Positions 38,901-50,400 of a stretch of DNA of 64,000 bases are shown here, piece after piece. This DNA comes from Octopus vulgaris. Its lineage: Eukaryota. Each line of letters begins with the position of its first letter. Position 1 is the stretch's first letter. The notes below the pieces were generated by a model that saw only the letters and a program-made list of their open reading frames with translations, had not been told where the DNA came from and ran no database searches. Made by a program: the position numbers and the translations under genes. Location of the stretch: positions 43,028,001 through 43,092,000 of the forward strand of contig OX597818.1 of assembly GCA_951406725.2 (NCBI GenBank), given 5' to 3'.

Positions 38901-41900
38901 CTTCTGCCAGCTCGCCACCTTAGTTTTCTGCTGGTGAAAAACTTGATCCAAGGAAATAGCTTTTTTCCTTGCATTCTTTCCAAATTGTCACTTCTTTGCA
39001 TTGCTTTATTCTGAAATTTCATTCAAAATTTGAGAGTATAATACTTGCTGATATTCTTAAATTTCATTTAAAATGAAATTGGAAAAGAATCGAAAAATGT
39101 AGCTAATTAATAATTGTATAAAACACAAATAATTGAAGGAAATTGGAAGTGAGCAATCAAATGATTATTTGCTTGGTAATTAGAGAAATAGTTTTGCAAC
39201 AATTATAAATACTAATAATTTCATAACAGACTGCATACGGAACATAATATAAGTTGTAAAAGTTTATTATTATTACTAGTAGTAGTAGTCTTATTAAAAT
39301 GATGAGGTGGCAGAATCATTACAGCACCAGACAAAAAAAAATACTTTGCATTATTTATTCTGATTCATGTTCTGAGTTCAAATTACATCAAGGTCAACTT
39401 TACCTTTCTTCCTTTCAGGGTTGTTAAAATAAGTACCAGATGAATATTGGGGTCCATGTAACTGATTTCACTCTCCTCTTAAAATTGCTGGCCTTGTGCC
39501 AAAATTTGAAACCACCACCACCACACACCATCATCATCATCATCATATCATTATTATTTTGTACATGTGTATGCATAATCACATGGTCACTTCTCTGTGT
39601 TTTCAATAATTCTGCAAAACTGTACTAAAATCACCAACTTTATTTTTTGAATAACTAAATTATCTATATATTTTTTAAATCCATATACAATGCTTTACAG
39701 CAATAAAGCAGAGTATTATTTGTGGAGTTGCTCTTAAATATTCTGAAGAAGTACAGTGGAATCAGCAGCATTTGCAACATTCTGTTACCTTATGATTCTT
39801 GAACAGCTGTCATAAGACCTCTTAAAATAATGAACCAATGATATGTTGACTGAGTTGGGTATACAAATTCTATAAAAGGATTTCTCTTTCCCTCTCGTTC
39901 TTTCTGCACCTCTTTATAAATAAAGGGTTAGCTTAAGACAAACACTGTTAAAATAATAAAAGATGAGTCTGTATTATATATATTTTTAGGTTGATGTAAC
40001 ATCTGTTTTAAGAAGAAATTTCTTTTGCGATATTACGTTTTATAATATGGCTTGCTTGGGATTTTTTCTCCTTTATTTGATGAATAATTTGAGAACGACT
40101 TACTTTCTGTTGTAAATTTTAAAAAAATATATTTTAACCGTTTAGCATTTAAACCGGTCATACCTGGCCCAAATATATATTACCTGTTTTATGCTCAAAC
40201 TGACCAGATGTGACCTCTCACATTTGATCTACTGTCTCTCATTCTAAAAATACACAATCACATAATCAAACTTTTGAAGCAACAAGATAATGCATGATTA
40301 ATTCAAAACTATGTGAATAGATAAGCATTACATTTAACAGAATGATCTGAATGCTAAAGAGTTAAAACATGAGTAATATCACTGAGAAATGTTTTGTTTA
40401 ACTATGTAATATATCATTTAATTATATGGTAAAACTAAGGCGGCGAGCTGGCAGAAACATTAGCACGCCGGGCGAAATGCTTAGCGGTATTTCGTCTGCC
40501 GTTACGTTCTGAGTTCAAATTCCGCCGAGGTCGACTTTGCCTTTCATCCTTTCGGGGTCGATTAAATAAGTACCAGTTACGCACTGGGGTCGATATAATC
40601 GACTTAATCCGTCTGTTTGTCCTTGTTTGTCTCCTCTGTGTTTAGCCCCTTGTGGTTAGTAAAGAAATAGGTATTTCATCTGTTGTTACGTTCTGAGTTC
40701 AAATTCCGCCGAGGTCGACTTTGCCTTTCATCCTTTCGGGGTCGACAAATAAAGTACCAGTTTCGCACTGAGTCGATATAATCGACTTAATCCCTTTGTC
40801 TGTCCTTGTTTGTCCCCTCTATGTTTAGCCCCATGTGGGCAGTAAAGAAATATATATGGTAAAACTAATTTATAATGTATGTATTTTGAAAACGGCCTGC
40901 TGTGCTTAAGTTGACTGTATAACCATAGCTATATCTACATTGGTTTGATAACTTAATACTGTGATATTTTTAATATAATTATTTTTTCAAAATATATATA
41001 TTCTAACATAAAATATGTATGTAGTATGGAAATGTCATGAAACTTTAATTAATCATATGATTCAATCTTGATTTCTTTAAATAAGGAAAATTATTGAATA
41101 TTATATCATTGTTGCTATTGTTTAGCTCCAGATCAATCTCAATAAAGCAGCTTTGGGGTAGCCTCTGTTGGTCAAGGCTGACTATGCATTTTCACATGTA
41201 AGCACAAGCCTGGGCAAGATTCTTTGAGAAAGACTGGCAGTTGGCCAAACAAGCAAGTGACTCTCTTCTATGTATCCTGTGTATTTATCCAAAAGAAAGG
41301 CCACCAACTTGAGCTGATACAGTTTGGTTCCAGTTTCATGACATGTAATTCTTTCAGAACACACTGAGCCTGAACAAGTGCTGCAAACATCTTGTTCAAC
41401 TCTTTGATAGTTTTACCAATTTACTGCTTTGGATTGGTGCCTTTTTATTGAATTCAGACAGATAGAAACAAAGTTGACTTTGGTAGGATTTGAAATTAGA
41501 ATGCAGAGATCAGAGATCAAATACTGTGAGGCATTCTATCCAATGCTTTACAATTGTGCCAGTTTGCTGCCTTTAACATTGTTATAATCAAATGATATAA
41601 GCAATCTTACAATCAAATAATATAAGTTGTCTTAAATCTTATCTTTAGTCTTCACCACCACAACTATCACCACCATCATTATCATCATCATTATCACCTA
41701 ACATCCTGTTTTCCATGCTGGCATATGTTGGACAGTCTGACAGGATTTGTTGAGCTGCAGGGTTCTTATAATCAAATAGTATCAGGGTGAATAAAAAATA
41801 AGGAACATTTTGAACCATGAAGAATTTGTACCGGATTGTTGCAGAGTTTTGAATTTTTTTAAACATTTTTTTGCAATTGTCTGATAATACAGACAGACTT

Positions 41901-44494
41901 GCTCAAATGCATCAGTAAATTAACATTGATATTTTTTTCACTTTTGTTACAATCATCTGAAATGGAACTGTCTAAGAGCAATATTTGAGCAATTTTGCTA
42001 GTCAACTTCAAAAAAAGGACATAAAGCAGCTGGAACTGCTTGTGATATCAATGAAATGTTTGGTGAGGAAATGACCAGTGAGTGGTCAGCTTGAAAATGG
42101 TTTAAACGATTTCACAGTGGAGACCTGAACCTTGAAGACTGTGAGCATAGTGGACACCCCTCTGACATCGATGACAGTCAATTAAAGACTGTCATTGAGA
42201 AAGATCCCCGTAAAACCACTTGAAAACTGGCAACAGAACTTCAAGTTAGCCAGAAAATTGTCTGCAACCATTTGCATGCGATTGAAAAATCAAAAAAGCT
42301 CAACAAATAGGTACCACATGATTTGAATGAAAATCAGAAAATGTGCAGATATGAAACTTGCTCATTGCTTCTTCTCCATAACCAGACAGATCCATTTTTC
42401 AACTGTATTGTAACTTGCAATGAAAAGTGGATTCTGTACAATAATAAAAAACATTCTTCACAGTGGTTGGACTAAAATGAAGCACTGAAACCATCCCTAA
42501 ACCCGAGCTCTTCAAAAAGAAGATTATGGTAACTGTTTGGTGGTGTACTGTTGGACTTATTCACTATAACTTCTTAAAACCTGCAAAAACCATATTACCA
42601 TGAAATTACCAAAATGAACAAAAAACTGTTACTCCTCCATCCCAGACTGGTCAACTGAAGAGAGCCAATCATTCTTCATGACAATGCTTGACCACACGTT
42701 TCACTAATGACACTCCAGAAGCTGAGGGAACTTGGCTACAAAGTTCTTCCTCACCCAGCTTATTCCCCAGACCTTACTCCTACTGACTACCACTTTTTCA
42801 AGCACCTTGATAGTTTCCTGTGAGAGAGGGAGTTCAAAAATCAAACCAATGCTGAAAGTGCATTCAAAGAGTTCTTCAGCTCCAGAACACCAGATTTTTA
42901 TGTTAATGGAATAAACAAACATATAACTTATTGACAAAAATGTGATGATACTTACTTTGATGAATAAAATTTCTGCATTGTTGAAATATATTTTGATGAA
43001 TTTCATGTTTCAAAACGTTACTTTTACTCAGCCTGATATTAGCAGTTTTAAATTCTTATTTTTAGAGAAAGTGTATTTAGGACCAGATTGTGGAATATGT
43101 CCTTATTTTCATTTTTTAGGGAGATGTTGATTGCTATTTTTTGCATGTCAAACAATATATTTGGAGCTTCCTTGTTGACTCACCGTATCTTTGTTTAATA
43201 TTGCTGTAACTTTCCTCATTAAATATATATCTTTAGTCTGTCTGTTCAAATTTGTTTTTGCATTTTTGTTTATAATTACATATTCATTATCCATTGATTT
43301 TAGGGAATTTGAAGTAGATAGTATTCATTTTCCTGGCCAAACACATAAATGGCATCTTAGTCAACTGCTGCAGAAAGGTTCAAAACGATCCCATGAAACA
43401 CTTCTTGATGTAAGTTGTATGTCATTGCTAATTCTTGCTTTATTTGACATCATCAATCTTCAATAATGTGAAAATGAATACCAGAAAAAACAGATAATTA
43501 CTATTTGTTTGATTCATTCATTTTGTAACATGTTAATATGAGTAAGATAAGTTTCAAATCTGTATAGGATTTGTATAGAAGAAGTGGTAAATACATTATT
43601 GCAAAGAAATATTTACTCTAGTCAATAATTTTATAAAATCTTCTTGTAAAATATACATTTATAAACTATTATCTTACCAATATTTCTCGCATCCTTTCCT
43701 TATAGGACACAGCGTTAGCATTAAGAATTCTGCTGATTACAGCTCGGAACCGATTCCATTCACATTTCTTCAGTTTATCGGAAGGGATAAAAAGCTGGGC
43801 TCGAGGTTTATGGAAAATATTTGGTAAGTGCCTGTACACCAAGAAGCTAAATTTATTCAGTTTCACTTTTAATTCAAAGGCTTGTTCCAGTTGTCAATGG
43901 TTTTGTTTGTTTCTCTAAATGTAAATAGCTAGTTTTAACAACATTAACTTGATACCATGTTACATCTACTTAGATCATTGAATGTGATTGTTTCATATTT
44001 CTAAGTTTTAAGACTATAACAGTATCAGATTTTTAACAGCTACTTGTAGCTGCATGCATGGCAATAGCACAAGCATGGCTGTGATATTAAGAAGTTCTGT
44101 AGCCATGTGGTTTCTAGTTCAGCCCTACTGTGTGGTACCTTGGGCAAGGCCAACCAATTCCCTGTGAGTGAATAGCGAATTTGATGGATGGAAACTATGG
44201 GAAAAGCTTGTTGTATACTTGTGTGTGTGTGTGCGTGTGTTTGTGTTTATCTCTTCCCCACCTGCTTGACAACTTCTGGTGGTTTACTCTTTTACTTGTT
44301 TCAGTCATTTGACTGTGGCCATACTGGAGCACTGCCTTTAGTCAAGCAAATCAACCCCAGGACTTATTCTTTGGAAGCCTAATACTCATTCTATCGGTCT
44401 CTTTTGCCGAACTGCTAAGTTACGGGGATGTAGACACACCAGCATCAGTTGTCAAGCGATGTTGTGTGGGACAAACACAGACACACAAACATTT

Positions 44495-44532
<38 letters not shown>

Positions 44533-44710
44533 GAAAAAACAAGTCAAAAATAGAAAATGCTAAGATGATTTTATAGTGAATCTTTCAGTACCGGTTTCGG
44601 TCATTTTGAGACCTTTTCAACTGTAACGATTAAATAATTAAATTTTGAAAAATTTTTTCTATTTTTGACTTGTTTTTTCATATATATCAACTCGTGTGTT
44701 CCTTTCCACC

Positions 44711-44750
<40 letters not shown>

Positions 44751-47356
44751 TACGACGGGCTTCTTTCAGTTTCCATCTACCAAGTCCATTCACAAGGCTT
44801 TGGTCAGCCTGAGGCTATAGCAGAAGACACTTGCCCAAGGTGCCATGCAGTGGGACTGAACCTGGAACCATGTGGTTGGTAAGCAAGCTACTTACCACAC
44901 AGCCATTCCTGTGCCTGGTTTGTTTACATCCCCTTAACAGTTTGGCAAAAGAAACTGATAAAATAAGCACCTGGTTTAAAAAAGTAAGTATTGGGGTTGA
45001 TATAACTAAACCCTTCAAGGTTGTGCCCCAGCATTGCTACAGTCCATTGACTGAAACAAGTAAAAAATGAAAAATTCTGTAAACTAACCTTCTTTGTTGA
45101 AATGTATTTCAGTCACGCATGCAAAAATTTTAATTCATTTTTATTTTACAAACATCTGTTTTTGAAATACATCTTGTTTTATTTTGCATATAACAATTCC
45201 CTTCCTAAATATTTCAGATATCATTATTGGCATGCCTTCAACGACCCCTGGTGATTTGTGTGGAAAACTTAGGGAAGAGCATATGCGGTACTTAGTTGCT
45301 GAACTTGATATTAGGGTTTGTACTTTTGTATTTTATTTTGATCTTAAAGTTAACAGCAGTTTAATCAGGTACAGCATTAAAATTAAAAAGATAGAACATA
45401 GGTATTTGGAGTTGGAATGATTTAATAAACAGTAATTATAAAACAGTGAATGAATGGTTTTACAATATCGGATTTTTTCTGGACACTCAAGAAGGTACTA
45501 AAGGACGTTTTTGGAGCATTTCAGTCAAAAATCAAACATTGTTTTTTAATATTAATTGTAACAAGATGAAGGTCTCAGGAACCCTTAAGGGGTGTCTGTC
45601 TTATCTTGTCACATACAATTGTCGAACGGAGAACCAAAATCCGACTGTCTTCAATAGCAATAAATAATACTTTATTTTTCCGGGTTTCGCAAATAAAAAA
45701 TATATACACATATATTTTCCTTAAGGGTGAACCAGTCGCCAAGTCCACAAGACTGTTCACAAATGTTCACTTGTGTGAGCCAAAATTACCGTCTCCGTTC
45801 CCGCTTAGAAGAGAGCTTCTCTATATGTAAGGTTTTCCCTGAGAGAAGGTTGGTCACGTCCACTCAGTAGGGTTGCTGATTCAAAAAGACAGATTTAGCA
45901 GGAACGCTTTCAGTTTGCAGTTCTCTGCGCATGCGCATGAGGGAACTTCCAGCAGCCTACCAGAAGTAATCCAACTCTGCGCATGTGCGCTGAAAACTTC
46001 CAAAAATAGCGTCACTACAAATTCCATATATTCGTAAATGAGAGGTAGACCCAGGAAGACATGGGATGAGGTGGTCAAGCATGACCTCAGAGCATTGGGC
46101 CTCACTGAGGCAATGGCGAAGGACCGAGATCTCTGGAGATATGCTGTGACTACAAAGACCCGGGCTGCTTTCTGCAGCAATTCCACATACCCCCTACCCA
46201 TTCTAAGTACCCCGGATCCCCAAAGTACCCTGGATCCCCAAAGTACCCCGATCCCCAAAGTACCCCGGACCTCGTTGCCCCCGTGCCGCTGACACGTTAA
46301 AATGCTCGAACCGATCGTGACGATGCCGGACCCTCCGGCCCCTGTGCAGGTGGCACGTAAAAAGCACCCAATCCACTCACGGAGTGGTTGGCGTTAGGAA
46401 GGGCATCCAGCCGTAGAAACTCTGCCAGATTCAGACTGGAGCCTGGAGCGGCCCCTGGCTTCCCAGACCCGGTCAAACCGTCCAACCCGTGCTAGCGCGG
46501 AAAGCGGACGTTAAACGATGATGATGATGATGATGATGATGAATACAGTGTGAAATACATTGTAGTTTATTATTCATAATTCATCCTGAATATACACAAC
46601 TGACTGAATGAAATATTAATGTAAATATATAGGTGCAGGCATGGCTGTGTGGTAGGAAGCTTACCAACCACATGTTTCTGTGTTTAGTCCCATTACGTGG
46701 GACTTTGAGTAGGTGTCTTTGGGTTGACCAAAGCCTTGTGAGTGGATTTGATTGTTGGAAACTGAAAGAATCCCATCATATATATACATATATATATTTA
46801 TATGACTTATATATTTATATGACTTAACTTTTCCTCTCACACCGTCTCCCATGAAGGGATATTATTATTAATTAATATTCTAGAAACAGCTGTAAGACCT
46901 TCTATCTATAAATGCTCTAATATCTATACAGCCTTGTTTTTTTTTTACCTCATTACACAAAAAATTCATATATTTATATACACACATGAGAATAGGAAAA
47001 TCCTTAACTTCCTGGTAATACTGCTTGGTTAACTGCTCATAAGTTAAGAATTAACTATGCTTCTATTGAGCATTGCCAGTTTCTGAAGATTAAGATATTT
47101 TTGGTTGCATTCTTTAAATCCAGTATAGAGACTTCGCAGTCCAGATCATCACCATCATCATTTTACAGCCATGTTTCATGCTGGCATGTGTTGGATGGTT
47201 TGATGGGATCTGATGGGTCCAGGGACTGCATCATGCTCCATTGTCTACTTTGGTAGGGTTTCTACAGCTGAATACCCTTCCTCATACCTGCCACTATTTA
47301 TGAGAATTTCTCTATGTAGCCAAATGAGTTCTTAGTTATCAGTAATTACCTGGTAT

Positions 47357-47403
<47 letters not shown>

Positions 47404-50400
47404 ATATATATAAAACTGTAGTTGTGTGAGTGTCTGTCCCCTTCGATTTGGATTCCTAACTACTCCCACATTTTGCGGTGCAGTTTAACCAAATTCGGGT
47501 ATCTTATAGTCGTGATTCATATCGAGCCTGTCTGAGTATTAGCGCGCGTCTACGATGAGTCTACGATTTTAAAAATAATTTAACATCATTTTTTATTTCA
47601 TTTTAATGCATATTTTTTCGTGTGTCGATGGCGGCGGAGTTGGCGTCCACGCTCACACCTGCACCTGTTTGCTTCTCCCCCTTCTTCCCTCCCTCGTGAA
47701 GCTGTGGGGAAGGGAGTGTAAGGAAATCAACGTCGTAAAGCATTGTCAAGGAGACCAGCGTTCTTTTAGAACAACGACTTCATGGCTTGAAGACACCAAA
47801 ATTACCATCATTTTTTATTCCATTTTTAATGCATTTTTTTGCTATTTTTTTGCTATAACTCACTAAAAATGCTTATATAGTTATTTCCCTTACAAACCCG
47901 AGCAATGCCGGGCGATACTGCTAGTATATATATATATATATATATGTGGTGGATGGAACTTGTGGAAAAAGGAGATCCAAAAAAGACATGAAATGAAGCA
48001 GTGAAGGGTGATCTCAAGATGTTGAGTTTCATAGAGGAGATGACAGAGGACTGGTGGTTTGCTGTGTCCAAGATGGTCCTAAAAGCATTATATTTGTGTC
48101 AATACATTCTCTAGGTCCTGCCCCTGCACTCAGTTTGTTCCTATCAGTCCTTCCCATCTCTCATCTAACTAACCCCCATCCCTCAATCACTATTCTAACT
48201 ATGGTACTATTCAGTTGTTATAGTCATATGAAGGCAGAATCTGCACATATCTCATCCACTTTGGGTTTCTATTTACTTTTCTCTCTCTCTCTTTGGAACC
48301 ATTTGCTTTTAAAATCCATCTGTCCTTCTCAATATCATCCCTTCCCACTATCTTTGGACTGCCATACCTCATCTTTAATACTCTTTCATATCTGCTGTTG
48401 GTATCCCCATCCCACACACACATCTGTCACCTGTTCACTATAGCTTCCCCTACAAACCTCTCCTATCCATCTCTGTCACTATACATCTCTCCCTCTTTGT
48501 ACATCATCTCCATATTTTCTGGTCTATCTACAAATTATTACACTTCTGTTCTTCACCTTTCCTGTACTGCCTTTTATCACCTCCTCCTACCTGAGCCACT
48601 CCCGTTTCTTTAACCTCCCTCCCTCATACTAATATTTACTATTGACCACACCTCCATTTTTGTTCATCATTTACTACATTCACCTCTACTTTCATCTAGC
48701 CACCTGTCACTTTCCTCTCATACTGTTATAAACTTATCCACCCACGTTTCCTGATCCTCTGTCAACATTTTCTCTTATACTCACCTTCTTACATCTTGAG
48801 AGTATGCTTTGACACTTGTCACCACAATCTTTGTCTTCTTACTAGTTACTCCCACATACTCTCATATAATGCTGGGTAACCATGTATCTTCTCTATAGTA
48901 AGACACTTGTATCTGACCCTTTATCATACTTTAACCTCTCAATTCCTAGCATAAAGCCACCACCCTCTCTACTAGAACTCCATTCAGTCTTGGAGTCTTT
49001 CTCTTTGTTACTTGGTGACCTTACCAGTGCTGGTGTTGTGAAAAAAAATGCACTCAGTATACTATGTGAAGTGCTTGGCATTAAAAGAGGGGCATCCAGC
49101 CATAGAAACCATGTCAAAGTAAACACTGGAGCTTGATGCAGCCTTCTGGTTCATTTGATTCTGTCACACCATCCAACTCTCTTTATTCTGAGGCTTAATG
49201 TATAAGAATTTATGTTTCCATTATTTTCCCTTGTTTTGTTATTTAATAAAATCTAATTTTCACCTTACATTTCATTTGCAGCAACACAGCCGTAAAGAAT
49301 TTAATCGTTTTTGTGAATACGTCAAAGAAAAATGCAAGATGTTAAGAACAGAGAAGCACAAGGTATGTTTAAAGAAATTGTAAATTAGCATGTATGGAAT
49401 ATGTTTATGGTAGAGTGTGTGAATGGCTGTGTTGGTTGCGTGCCAGGCAGTCAGCTGAAAGATCAGTAGTTCATATTCTGGCACTCAATGTAGACTGGTT
49501 AAAATATTTAGTTCTTTACAACTGAATCCAGTTAGCTGCAAATAGGTATTGCAGGTTGGTATAATTCACATCTGTGAATAGCAGCTAGCCTCATCACAAT
49601 AAAATTGATGCATCTGTTATTGGTTTGCAATGCTGAGGTTAATGATAATATCACCTGTGAGAAAAACTCATTTGCTGTATCCAAGATGAAATTTGCCCTT
49701 TTCAAAAGTTTAACACACTAGAAATTAAAGATAAGCATTGACTTAGTAAGCCATATCGGAATATTTCTTCATTTATTCTTCTACATTTATCTGACATTTT
49801 CTGTATTTTATAATAATAATAATAATAATGAAATTATTGTATACAGTGCTCAGGTGCACCACAACTTGTCAAAAGTGCGTATAAAGTATATGTAGTAATG
49901 TACAAATGTCTGGAAAGTGAACAATGTATGAGACAGATACATGCTTGCGTGTGTATGGCGGGGAGAAAATCAGGTGTAGTGTTGGCGAATCTCAGGAAGC
50001 ATAGAAGTTTTGAAGGATGCAGTGCTCTGACAACTAACAACTGATGCCGGCAGTTTGTTCCATGCTTCAGCAACCCTTAGCATGAAAAAATGTTTCCTAA
50101 AGTCATGGGAGCTGTGCTGTTTTCTGACTTTGTAAACATGTCCACGGGTGTTAGACAGGTGGAGTTTGAAAAGGTGCTCAGAGTTATTGTTTGTAAGATG
50201 GTTAATAATTTTATGGGTGTCTGCCAAATCAGCTGCCAGACATCGGAGTTTCAATGTATCCATGCTCAGGAAAATAAGGCATTCAGAATATGGCAAATGC
50301 CTGATGGAGGGTATTCTCTTGGTTGCATGTCGCTGAACGGTTTCCAGATGATTAATATCCTGTGCAATATAGGAGTTCCAGACCGGTGATGCAAATTCCA

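Larger units (their letters stand above)
44283..44910 (-). mobile_element. SINE family B, its central (TA)n split by a ~180-bp insertion
   Basis: 3' half at 44283-44530 and head at ~44715-44910 are colinear with family B. Confidence 0.85.

Noticed and set aside
48054-48880. Pyrimidine-rich region with 106-129 aa ORFs
   Set aside because: Low-complexity C/T-rich sequence trailing a decayed RTE fragment; no coding signal.
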